Positions 10,892-23,042 of a stretch of 64,000 nucleotides of DNA are shown in pieces. The first letter of the stretch is position 1, and each line of letters opens with the position of its first letter. The notes under the pieces are model-generated. The model did no database searches. It was not told the DNA's origin and worked only from the letters and a program-made list of their open reading frames with translations. This DNA comes from Penicillus capitatus (taxonomy: Eukaryota > Plantae > Chlorophyta). The translations under genes were made by a program, and so were the position numbers. The DNA lies in NCBI GenBank assembly GCA_965649825.1, contig OZ287703.1:739722-803721 (forward strand). The letters run 5' to 3'.

Positions 10892-13800
10892 CTATCGCTG
10901 CTGCCCGGCAGTGTTGGAAGAGTGATTGTTGTTGTTACTGTGGCCGTTGTTGCAGTGACTGCCTCTTCCATTCTGTTTCTTTCCATTCTCCGTACGGACA
11001 TTGTGCCGACCTCGACCCCTGCGACCCTTGCCACGTCCTCTTCCCCGACGATCGTAGTTTCCGCCATTCTTGGATGTCTCACATCCACCGTTCTCCCAAT
11101 ACGTTGTCTTGGGAAACTCGCGGACATTCATGCGACGTTCATTGGTAGGAGGACGTCGAGAGCGACGGGGCACAGAGCTTTCTGTAGGTGCCGGATTCTC
11201 TGAACGGTTAAAAGTCGTCACGGCGTTTGTTGTCTCCATAGGAGATGTCTTGGGTGTACGAACATCACGGAACGGTGTGTCTTCCTGGAACATTCCCACC
11301 GAACGTGCGTTTGCCCAGCGATCGATCGTCACGGGATGAGATGTCAGCAACGGCTGGACATTTGGATAATGGCCTCCACTGAAACTCCGAGATAAATTTC
11401 CGACCATCAATGACTGCGATGGCTGTGTATGCGGCATAGGAATCTGCAAGGAATCTGCACTGAAATAACGAGCCAATCCTGACTTTGCGACAGTGCCGGT
11501 ATAGAACTCCACCGTCCCATCGCGCTCTTTCAGGACCTCAAATCCAATGCGCTTGCCGATCTCAATCACCTGTTTGGCCACCCATTCTGGACGCATAAAG
11601 TATCCTTTTGTTGGCACCCCGAAGGATTCAACCCCTCGGGTGCGAGAGTCCATCATAACCTTGACGAAATAGTCCTTGATCGATGCCTGGACTTTCTCAT
11701 TCAACGCCGCCAACTTGGCGACTGAGAGCTTTGGAACCTGAACACGACACATAGATGGTATGGTATGGTGTCCTAGAGAGAGCGTGGTGGGATACGTCGT
11801 CATAGGTCTGGATATGAGGTTGGACGCTGATGTACATTGTGTTTTCGCGCACTTCCATGCGCAAACCAAGCTCTTCGGCCCGTTCTTTGAGGCACGCCAT
11901 CACGTCTGGTGGATAAATGCCTGATTGAAAATGCATCGATTTCTCACGCTTCATTCCTTTGATCCATAGCAGGCACCGTGTTACGTGATCTTCATCGTCA
12001 ACAGAGTTTCTCGCAAAACGTCCGGGACCGAATCTATCACCACACCATCACACATCGATCGATGATCTCGCTTCCTAGAGAGAGTGGCACCTGTCAAAGA
12101 GCTCGGGCTTTGCAAGACGGCGATCGTCATAGTAAAGAGCATCCACTGCCATTCTGGCGTCATCATGTCGATAAGAACGTCGATGATAGTCACAATCGTC
12201 ATCACTCTCGGATTCTTCAAAACTGTCAGCAACCCATCGACACATTGGCCGTGGTATGGATGGATCGTAGAGAGGTCACACCGTGCGCGTTTTCGGATGC
12301 GGATTTTCATAGCTCTTCTGCGTTTGTTGTTTGCGACGATTTCCAGGAACAAATGACGAGCAATGTCCCGTACTTGTTGCCGTACCCATGAGACGGGCAC
12401 GACATACTCTGTTGGGTCAATTTCGATCTCCCCACGGAAACTGTCGGTGTCCTGAAGCTTCTCCATGGCATCGAACAGATCCAGAAACACACGCTTCAGG
12501 ATTTCGGCATTTCGTTCATACAGTCCATTCGAGAGGAGTGTATGATGTGACAGCCCTGCTTCTTCGTCACGACTCTCTTCCTCGGCGACTGTCGTCAATT
12601 CAGAGAGCAACCCGCGCGACACACAAGTGCTGCCAGCCGGCTCCAGTTTCAGAGAAACGTATCCATCTGTCGTCGTTAGACTGACTTTCACACTCTCTTC
12701 CTTTCCAAATGCCGTCAGATCGAGTTCTTCGGATTTGCTCCTTCGTGGTGTTTGTTTCTTGGGAGGCAGTTTCAGAACAATACAGTTCACTTTTACATAT
12801 CCATCTGCCGTGACATCCATCTGCAGCTTGACGGAATCGCACGATGGAGATTGGACGCAGCGATGGATGTAAGATGTTTCGTAGCTCGTCCCGAGTTCTC
12901 CGTAGGAACTCGCACAGGTCTCTGTTCCATTCACATCTCCCCACAGATCCTCCTCCTCCTCCAAATCATCCTCCTCTTCTGGAGAGTACGATGCCAGCTT
13001 CGTCTCTTGACTTGCTGCACCGTGTTCTTCGATTTCCAGATGACCCACGACACCGAAATCTTCGCTCGGTGACCCAGCGACCAACGGCAATTCTTTACGT
13101 TGTCCTGACAGTGCTCCGTTTTCTTCGAGCGTGATCGGACGCAAATCTGCAGGACGTTCAAGGTGCAGATCTCCATCGACATATTTCCCCTTTAGTCCAG
13201 CTTCTAGTACACACCTTAATAGCCAATCCTTTGTCTCGTCGTCAAAGTAAGATGCACGGAATTTGTGATAACGAATTGTACATCTCAAAAACTCGGCCAG
13301 GCGCTGCTTCATGACACACTGATAGGGTTCGACTACCAGGTTATGTGCTTTGCGCGCACGTAAAGTACTGTTGACAGCATGTTCGACCATATCATCCTTG
13401 ATGTTATCTGCTTTACTGATGATCACTTTCTTTTTGGGTCCTTTCCCTACGTACAGTTCACGATGCTTCTCGAGTGAAAACGATTTGATTTTTATACCTT
13501 GAAAGAGTCCCAGACTGTCGATGGCATTCAAGACGAATTGCTTGAATTCCTTGGACCACCAGCTGTAACTGACTGCAATGAATTTCTTATCAGAGGCCTT
13601 GAATTTATTCAGGTGCTCTATTAGGCACTCTTTGTGTAGCGGCATCAACGACTTTGGTCGCTGAATCGCGTATTCTGCTCCCTCCATAGCCTCGGGGAGC
13701 TGTGGGAGAGGCTCATACTGAAAGAGAAACGACCAGAGGACCATCCACTTCTCAGGTTGCAAGGCAGGAGGTGCATATACAAATTCTTGTACTAAATTTA

Positions 13801-14968
13801 CTGTTTCCTGAAGGGTCTTAACGATTCTCCACCAATCTTGAGTGGCCAATGTCCGTGCACAATTGTCCTTTGCTTCGAAGGGATCCTCAACAAACAGCTG
13901 ATAACGCTTTAATGCTTTGGCATCCCAGGCAGAGAGTACAAATCCACTGTCCCAACAACTGCAAGTGGGTCGGGAATTGGATTTGCTAACTCCTTCTGCT
14001 GTGTAGTGGAGCAGTTGACTGTGGGTGGCAAACAACGAAAGTTCCAGGAAAAAAGCACAGAGCAGTTCACAGAGCGTTTCTGTATTCCTGGTCCCGTTCG
14101 TTTGTTCCATCCATTTTGCAGCCATGTGCCGGAAGGTACTGATTTCGTGGATCAGATCAACATGATCATCCTTTTGAGATTCACAGACCACATCCCTCAA
14201 TCCCGGAAAGAGTTCCCGAAAGGGAGGGATCAGCGGTGGCGATCGAGCTTGAGCAAAAGAGACGACCAAAAGTGTCAAACAGTAAGAATTGAAAGATCCA
14301 TTCGCTGGGTCATTGATACGATTCGCCTTAGCCCATTTCTTAACAATCACTACCAGATCTCGCACTCTTGTATCCATTCGGAGCACCTCCGCCAGCAACA
14401 TACTCTTGAAAACACCCGTCGTGTTGCCGATGGATAAATCGCAATGAATGCCGGTGTGCGGTTCCACGAATTTGCTGACGGGCACTTTGGCATGCCGGAT
14501 GAGCTGTGTATGCTTCGAATGGCGAAAATGCTGGCCACGTCTCAAGACTTCGTGAATCTCGCCCAGTAGATCGGCCTTGAACCCCCGTGCCGCATCCGAC
14601 AGTTTTCCAGTCGGACTGATGGTTCGGTCCCTTACGGCACCTTCCAGAGAGATGTCTAAGTCACCGTCTCGGTTGCTGATACCCATCACCGACGAGCCAA
14701 ATGGCAACAGCTTGACATCTTTGACCCGTTTAAGGAAACGCGTTCCCGGTGACTTGCCTGTCTGGGCTTCCGTTATCCAGCTTTGAAGCCGAGCGACGAG
14801 AGTGCTGCGCTCTCGTAACTGATGCTCCTCGGCCAAATCACGTACAAGGGATTTCAATGAACGCGAGTAGGTTTCGCGACCCGGACAGGAACAAAAAACA
14901 GAAGAGAGCTCGTCCGTCGATTTGTGGCAGAGTCGATGAAGGGTTTCGTCCTTTGGCGTCTGGTACAT
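10892..14968 (-). CDS. HESO1-like terminal nucleotidyltransferase with a long C-terminal extension (about 1300 aa after splicing)
   Basis: PFGS..G....GDLDI, CDLSIGN, VKKWAKANRINDPANGSFNSYCL and LFVEDPF motifs (Cid1/HESO1 family). The 995-aa ORF joins 11954-11697 and 11869-10892 through about three short introns (near 12285, 12100 and 11790). Confidence 0.85.
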
Positions 14969-16071
14969 GATGCTCCCACGCTATGAAATGCGATGCAACG
15001 CTCAACACGACCGACTGGATAGCGTGCATTCATTGAATAATCCATTGAATCATGAACTTCGATACTCGATAATGAACACATTGAGGACATTGACTGAACG
15101 CACGCACGCACGCCCATGCAGAAGAGTACATCACAAAAGGGGACACACACAAAATGCAGAACACTGGCACGGTGTCATCTGGTAAGAGTGCTTGGCGTGT
15201 GTCTGCCGAAGAGGCATGCGATGATCGTCGCTTGATGTATCGAGTGCTTCTGTGCGACGGATCTCCGCTGGGCTCGTGCATCATCATCTGCCTTGCGCTT
15301 TCTGCGATTCTACCTCAGGCAGAAGACACGTGCCAGCTGAAAATTGGCGTTGATCATGCCAGGTGTCCATCTTCGTTGTCTCATGAGGGCGTCATCATGC
15401 TTTGTCGGCGAATTTAGCTTCTGGACGTTCACTGAATGTGGAATCTTTGGGTATGAAGCGGCAGCTTGTTTCCGGACGTTTTCTTTTTGACCGAAAGACA
15501 CCATTACTGCATCGTAATGCATTTCGTGATCACAAAACGATCATCTCGATGCCTTAGACTGTGCAAAGATCGACAGTCCATGTGCAACATCTCTCTTCTT
15601 CGACTATTCCGTCATCAATCGAGGCCATTTTTGCGAACTGCAAAAGTCAAGGCTGAGTAGGAAAAAGAGTGACATGAAAGAGTATCGAACAAGCTGTCGT
15701 CGTCGGCCTGCCCAAAAACACATCTCGTTTTTACGCTGTGTCTGTTATTCACTTTCTAGACTACCAGAGACTGTGGTGCGCCATAAACGACACCTCACAC
15801 TTTCGAATAGCTATCAATCGCCCGCAGGGATTAGCGACCAAAAGTTTTTCTTTTTGTTCCGTTTTGAACCTTGTCACGTCAGTCGCTGTCTTCCGGCAAC
15901 AACAGAATTGAAACTCAGCTGGGAACACCGAAGGATTTGCCTAAGTGGAAGGAGGCAAATATGTGGAGACTGACATCCAATCGCTTAAAGCAATCAAAAA
16001 ACAAGGATCAATTTCTTAGCGTTCCGTCGTGTAGGTGTTGACACTTTCAGCACTCTTGGATCACTGGAACC

Positions 16072-17393
16072 TCAGTACCCTGCTTGCACATCCACTAGGT
16101 TGCGCAGTGGCTTCCCTTGGATGTACTCCTCCAACATGCTCCTGAACAGCATCAGGGAGTCTCTGATGGAGTGTTCTGTGGTGTCTGCCGTGTGTGACGA
16201 GATCAGCACGTTGTCCAGCTCGTAGAGTGGACTCTCCTTGGGCAAAGGCTCTTCGTAGAACACATCGAGGGCCGCTCCCTTAATGCGTCGCTCCTGTAAA
16301 GCTGTAGAAAACTCAACTGAGGAGAAAAGACCTGCGAATCTGGAAAACCTTTGATCAGGGCAGGCTCCACGACTGTTTTGCCTCGTCCGATGTTCACGAA
16401 CACGGCGTTGGGCCGCAATGCGGCGATGGCCTCCGCGTCGATCATGTCCACTGTCTTCCCTGTCATAGGCAAGGCCGCCACGACATAGTCACTCGCCCCC
16501 ATCACCTTGACGAGATCCCCGGGACCGTAGACAGCATCCTAGGACTCACTCGCCGACGGGACGCAGAGGGGCGGCGATCGTACCACGATGCTTTTCTCTG
16601 CATCCGAGAGGGTGGTTGTCCGCCGCACGCCGATGACGTTCATCCCGAACGCCTTCGCCATCTTGGCGGTGGAGAGACCGATGTCTCCCAGTCCGACGAC
16701 CCCCATAGTCCGCCCCCTGAGCTCCTCGACCGCGAAGACGTCCCACTTCTTCTCCGCCTTGGATCTCAGCAGCCTGGGAAGGTTCTTGGCGAAGTAGCTG
16801 CATGCGAACATGGCGTATTCGGCCAGGGAGTGGCTGTAGACTCCCTTTGCATTGGTGACGGCGATCTCTGACTCTAGAATGGCTGGAATAACCAGGTGGT
16901 TGATGCCGGCCGTGTGGGTATGGAACCACTTTAGGTTCCTAGCCTTGCGCACAAGGCTCTGAAAATAGACAGCTCGGCCAAGTCTCGAGGCGAGACGAGG
17001 CAGACCTCGACTCCATTGTTGGAGAAGGTGGTGAGAAGTACGACTTCGAGTTCTTCCCAGTCCTCTTCCGTCAAGTGCTGGAAGTCATCCGGATAGGTTC
17101 CGCGTCCCTTCAGGTTCGCGACAGATGCGATGTCCTGGACGACGGCCTCGTCTCCTTTTGCGAGTGGCGGTCCGAGGACGAGCAGATTCACCGGTTTGTT
17201 GGCGGACAGCAGCGCGTCACTACGTCGCGCGACAGCGTGAGGTGGCGCGGGGAGGGTGGGTTGTTTACGGTCTGCGAACCACGGCTGAGGGGGTCGTTAC
17301 GCGCGTAGCGCAAACGTTTTCTGCCATCCCTCGTCGAGCTCCGCCTCGGAGGAGCGGGGCGAACGAGCCGGAGGGTAGCGAGACGCGGAGCAT
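16072..17393 (-). CDS. D-isomer-specific 2-hydroxyacid dehydrogenase (5 exons, transit-peptide-like N-terminus)
   Basis: Rossmann GVVGLGDIG, VTNAKGVY, FVNIGRG (catalytic Arg), AALDVFYEEPL (Glu) and ISSHTA (His) motifs. N-terminus MLRVSLPSGSFAPLLRGGARRG. Confidence 0.9.
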
Positions 17394-17870
17394 GTATGGG
17401 TCTGTTGCGGTCGGTCGACTGATTTGACGCGACCTAGGCGATAGATGGCGAGCCGTGCGTGGGTCTGTGAGAGAGCCACGGTCAGTGGAACTGACGGGCT
17501 GCCATTCGCCAAGGGTGCTCTGGCAGATGGGAGCCTGTCGGTGACGGTTGATTGCCTCGATGCGCGGACTCCGAGGCACAGGTGGCAGAGACACGTGGTA
17601 CCGTAGCGTATTAGAAAAAGATGGAACGCGGACTATTGATAGTTACATAGATAGGCCGCGGGACGCGGAAATCTTTTAAAATACAATGGTTTACCCGTAT
17701 TTCATAGCCAGCTGTCGACATTCGCGTCAGCTCAGCGTGAACTTCAGACTTTGGCAGTAGCTGAGGCTACGGATGCGGTAGTTGTACAATCAAATCGGTG
17801 TTGAAACGGTTCAAAATGATCGACGTAGAGGCCACGAGAGGAATCTAACCGGTAGGTATGCGCGTTCGCT

Positions 17871-17884
17871 GGCCCTATAAATTC
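17871..17884 (+). promoter_or_regulatory. TATA box of 14-Cys member B
   Basis: GGCCCTATAAATTC about 100 nt upstream of ATG 17984, identical to the motif before member A. Confidence 0.6.
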
Positions 17885-17983
17885 GGTCCGACGGTCGACA
17901 ATTCACCATTTTGCGTTTTCTGGTGTTTGAGTGTTCAATTCGTTTCGACAAAGTCTCAACTGTCGTTGCAAAGAAACAAAACG

Positions 17984-18832
17984 ATGTTGAAAGCCGCAGT
18001 TTTGATTTTGGCCGTAGCACTCATGTGCTCCAGCGCCGAAGGTAGTCTTCGTATGTTTACGTGTTCTCGCTGAGCGATTTGCGTTTAGCGAATTGGTACG
18101 CTAAGTGCAATCAGTTCGCAAAGTGCGAAGCCAAGGCCAGCGTCAACATTAAACTCTACGGACCCGGAAAGTGCACAGCGACTTCAAAAGCTTACTGCAA
18201 GGTATACCCTAAGCGCGAGCAAAAGGGTATGAGCTAACGCACTCTGCGTTTCCCAGGCGGTGGCAAAAAGCGTTAACTGCTTCGACAAGGACACTCTCTA
18301 CATCAACATCGATAAGTGCAGAAAGGTCGATGTGACGATCGATGCGGATTGCTATGCAAAAGCTACGGCCAAGGCACTTGCAGCAGCTTCTGTTGAGACA
18401 TACTGCGACGGAAAGGGCTTTGCATGCGGAAAAGCAAGCTCAAAGGCTACTGCTGTCGCTTGCGCAACTGCCAAAGCCATTGTTGATTTGAAAGTGTCAC
18501 TTGGCGACCATGACAACGCCATTTGCGAAGCTAAAGTTGCCGCCGCAATTGATGCTATTGCCAAAGCCGCAGCTGACGCCGATGCAGCTGCTTGCTCGAA
18601 GAAGGGCGTTCCAGGAATTGACAACGAATTTGCGTTGGCAAAGGCCATTGAAAAAGTCTATGTCGATGTCTTTGCCAGCTGCTTCGTCTATTGCAAAGAT
18701 AAGATCAAGAAGGAAGAGGCCAAAGTTATTGCCGACGGAGGCGCCAAAGCCGTTGAAGTCAAGTCTGTGGAGAAAGAGGTAGAGAAGAATGGCGGCGAGG
18801 CCAAGGCCGTGGCGACGACTGGCCACAAGTAG
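17984..18832 (+). CDS. secreted Ala/Cys-rich protein, 14-Cys family member B (3 exons)
   Basis: Signal peptide MLKAAVLILAVALMCSSAE, phase-1 intron after 18041, second intron after ...AYCK. 14 alignable Cys. Confidence 0.85.
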
Positions 18833-19335
18833 AATGGTTGCACTACAACCGGAAGCACAAAACCGGAGGAGCTAGACATGGCAGTCGAAGCTATGTGTGC
18901 TTCTTAATTTTGTTGCTCTATCTATCAACTCAGGTCTATCCATTATCCAAACTATCTTGCATTTTTTTCTTTCGCAAGTGATACCTATGAATCACTTGCA
19001 TGCTCGTCGTCGATAACTCACGTTAGTGAACCATTCGAACGTCGGACGAACTTGGTAATTGTGAACGAACGATTTTAAGTAACGGTCATGAAAACGACGT
19101 TGTTGAAAAGACCCTTCCACTCGCGTTGCTTCTTGGGTTTCCGTCGCGGAGATGGGGGTTTTCCCTAACGTGTGCGTCCATATTTGTTTCTTTCGTTGCC
19201 GTGGATTCTGCACTGCAAAGCAACGCCCGTCCGGATTTGCGCATAGGCAGAATGCTTATGGCGCTCGTTATCCTCTAGAACGAATAGCTCAGCGTCACGC
19301 ACAACAAGACACTGTTAGAGATTTTAGGTTTATTA

Positions 19336-20306
19336 GATGCGAGTCGTATCGACCTCGACGACCAGCCAACGGTGAGTCCATAGTCCGCCCCGTTGCATCT
19401 CAACGAGACGACGGTTCTCAGGACCTCAGCTTCCATCCGACAAAAACGTTGCTCGCCGTCGGGAGCATCACCGGCGACATACGTCTTCTCTCGTGTCGCC
19501 CGCTGCTCGACGCGGACACAGACGGTCCCGCGGACATAGACAGGCAATTCGAAGGGGAAGTCGCCGAGAAGGCGACCCTTAAGCCAGCTGTCTACTACAC
19601 GTCGATTCTCGCGTTTCTGAGACAGCTCGACTCGGTAGGGGGTGCTTAGGTGTGAGCGTTCTCTGTGCGGAGAGGCTGTCAGGTCGCCAGTCCGAGCTGT
19701 GTTGTTTGGAGCAGAGGGAACGCGTTTCGCATCCGCACACAGCGACGGACGGCTTCATCTCTTCGACGCCTCGACGGGACAATGCGTCAGGCACGGACGT
19801 CTGTGACTCACCTGAGGGTGGGATTCTGAGAGACATTTCGGCAGGACCATCGAGGCGGGACAGGGGTGCGAGATTTATCGAATCGAAAACCTGGAAGATG
19901 GAACGTTGGCCTCGGGAGATGACAGTGGTGTTGTAAAAGTGAGATGGATGGATGGGCCCTTTGGGCACAGAAGAGGATGTTGATGCGTGAGTGGACAGGT
20001 CTGGGACACGAGGTGCCGCAGAGAGGTGGGAGAAGTCCAGGCGCATGTGGACTACATCACCGATCTCGCGTTTCTCCCTGGAACACATCGCCTTGTTGCT
20101 GCCAGCGGCGATACCAGCATCACTGTGAACGACATGCGCAGATTCAAGACGGTGCTTCAGTCCCACGACGGTTAGCTGAGCGAGCATTTCCTGTGGTCTC
20201 ACCTGGAATGTCAGGTCTCAAGGAAGAGGGTACATCCCTGCAGCCTCTTGGAGATGGTAGAAAGGTGATATGTGGGACGTCTAGTGGAAAAGTGATGGAT
20301 ATGTGA
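19336..20306 (+). pseudogene. WDR55/JIP5-like WD40 gene, apparently truncated at both ends
   Basis: Exons DLSFHPTKTLLAVGSITGDIR, LASGDDSGVVK|VWDTR, HVDYITDL...LVAASGDTSI and GRKVICGTSSG. No in-frame ATG near the 5' end and no further WD repeats after about 20300. Confidence 0.65.
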
Positions 20307-21405
20307 TTGGTTGATACTGCAGAGATATGATACAGCTATTCGTTTCGATCAAGAAGGGATTGTGTTTTGGTGCATTTTTCTGAGGGAATCATCTGTGCTG
20401 TGGAAAACAATCGAAATGTACGACAACGATTGAACAGGAGTGCAATGATACCAATCTACTTAAAAACGAAAGCAAATGAGAGCAGCAGAAATGGATGCGA
20501 GAGATCACCTAGCTAGCAAGCTCGTCCGGAAATATTGAGTCGACGAACTTACATTCCCGAAGAGAGCTTAAAAATCAGATGGCACAAAGGTTCTCGATCA
20601 ACAGCCAAATGAAAGACGCCATAACTACAGCTTACCTGTTCGACGTTAGCAAGAGATCAATGCCTATATGGATTCTTTGTCGAAGTTTCAAGATGGATTG
20701 GCAATACCTGACTGAGTTCAAGATCAACAACAACGTGTCACATCAAAGAGAACTAGCTAGAACCACAAAATCTTGCATGTCGTCCGATTCGCCTTCATGA
20801 GATGACATCTTGTCTACCAAGTCCTGTTGTCTCATGCATGGTAGCATCCCAAATGCAATTCTTCCAGCCTAGCGCTGCAGATATGGCAGAATAGCATGAC
20901 CCCACAGCCCCACTTATGTACGAGTTCGAAAGGCATGCTTTCTCTACAATGTTGTACGACAAATTGGTTTTCGAACGTTGTGGGTATCGGAATCGCGCTT
21001 ATCGTGTGTTTTGCGCTGTCGTTGTGCAGGATAAACTAAGGAACGCAGCTTTAATGCGGCTAGCTGTTTGAACTCCGACGTCTAACTCTGCTTGTTACAC
21101 GAACTGCCAGAACAACAACCCAAACTGGTTCATAGAAATAAACTACGATGAAAGCAGAAAAACGGTAAGATCGCGATTGTATACTCTAAAACGATCTATC
21201 TGTATTTGTGGCCGGCATGCTCACATCTTTCCTACATCCTCGGCACTTCCTATCTGAATGCTTCATCTGAAGCAAGATTCGTGATAAATACATGAATTTG
21301 AACAACGTCTTTCCTCAACGCATTCGTTCCAACCGTTAATCCCGTAGTCTCCCACCCATTATACACAGACAGCACGCAGAGCTCCACCATGACAAGATCG
21401 CCGAC

Positions 21406-23042
21406 TCAAAGGTTCTCCGGTGGCTTAAGCGTTTGCATGATCGCAACAGCGATGCGTATACGAATGTCTGGTTCAAGCTTGTTGATTTTGTTCACCAAAT
21501 TGTCGAGCAGACGCATTGGGTCCTCTTCAAAGCATTGATCCTCATCTTCTTGGACATGGCACGCAATGATAGGAGAACCAACAGAAGCAAATCCGGCAGG
21601 AGACTCTTCCATGTATGTATCTTCTTCTATGGATAGCGGTCGGATCTCGACCGAATCCAACAACAGATCTGTGTACTCTTTGCGCGTTTCTGCCGTTTCG
21701 ATATCCGTCGAATCTGCAACGCCAATTCGGAAGCTGGACAGGTCGGAATGACTGTCCAGATACAGACTGAAAGGAATCTCCATTTGCGTTCCCTTATCCT
21801 TCGTCGAGCAGAAGGTCACATCTGTCTGCGTTCCGCAGCTGTTGCGTGTAAATTCGAACGCATCCGTGAAGCGATTCGCCGTAGGTGTCGTGCTATACCA
21901 GAGTCTCGATCGCCGTGCTGGCAGTGTAAGCGGCAAAAGCTTCTGGCCACTGATCATCTCCGAAGTTGCTTGACAAGACGTTTCTGTGTCAGCGGAACGT
22001 CGTTGGGGTACGAAACGAAAGGTCGAAGCACAGTCGCTGATTCCGCACCGTTCGTTTCGCCGTCGACGTCGGATGCTCAAGCTCAGCTTGCGCTCCGCAG
22101 CCGCCTTCACTTTTCGGATGACCTTGGACTGACGCGGAAAGGACGCATCGGTCTTTTTCGGACCTCCCGGTCGAGAACGCGGACGCACCCATGGTTTCGG
22201 CGTCGGCAATGGGACAACGGGCACATCCACAGAAACGGGTTCGCTCACAGGCTCCTAGAAAACACTCATTCGCTGGAGCGACAAAGTAGGATGAGGGCAT
22301 TACGATAGGGATCGAATCTGCGATTTCCTCGATTGGAGGAGAGACGGAAAAGGATGTCGACGACTTCCAGTTAAACACACGTTGAAGCAGTTTTCGTGCC
22401 GGCAGTCCACGGACGCTACCCCTGGACACGCCGTGTCTTTCTAAACGACAGGCGCAAAGGAGCGCGCACCGTTGCGGGTCGACGCGTGAGCAGTCGAAAA
22501 CGTCTTCGGCGTTCGGTTTGAGAAGATCGCGCAAATTGCGGCTGCTGCGCGACATCGGATCTTCTGCAGAGATAATCTCCAAGGCTGCTCTTCGATCCCT
22601 TTCACCTCCTTCTTGCCGTCTGTCATCGTTTTGCCCCATCCCGCCCAGGTCGCTCGGACAGTCCTCTTCGAGCAGGCTATGAGCCTCCGTCGATTTCTTC
22701 TTCCTTTGTGTCGATGAACCTAAAAGCTCGAAGCATCTCGTCAATGTTTGACCGAGTGTCATTAAGGAGTAAACCTAGTTCAACGGAGTCAATGATTTTC
22801 CCTTGGCTGACGGCGATCCGCGCGCTACTTTTGTAGAAGAGCTCGCCAGGTGGTTTATCGTAAGAGCAATAGACAGCACGATTGACTTGGAAAAAACTGC
22901 GATCGCTGTCAGATGGTACGTCCGGAGAGGTCTCCATCGGAACGTGACTGTTGACGACGGGTGGCGATATCCGACCAAGCAACGCATCGATGTACGCGCT
23001 ATGACTGTCGTGGACCTTGAACCGAACAACAAGGTTTAGCAT
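21406..23042 (-). CDS. uncharacterised, largely disordered protein (about 480 aa) with TQT-like motifs
   Basis: ORFs 23042-22677, 22762-21989 and 22248-21406 join through short GT-AG introns (one of 55 nt near 22784-22730). Contains CGTQTD and KGTQME. Confidence 0.6.
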
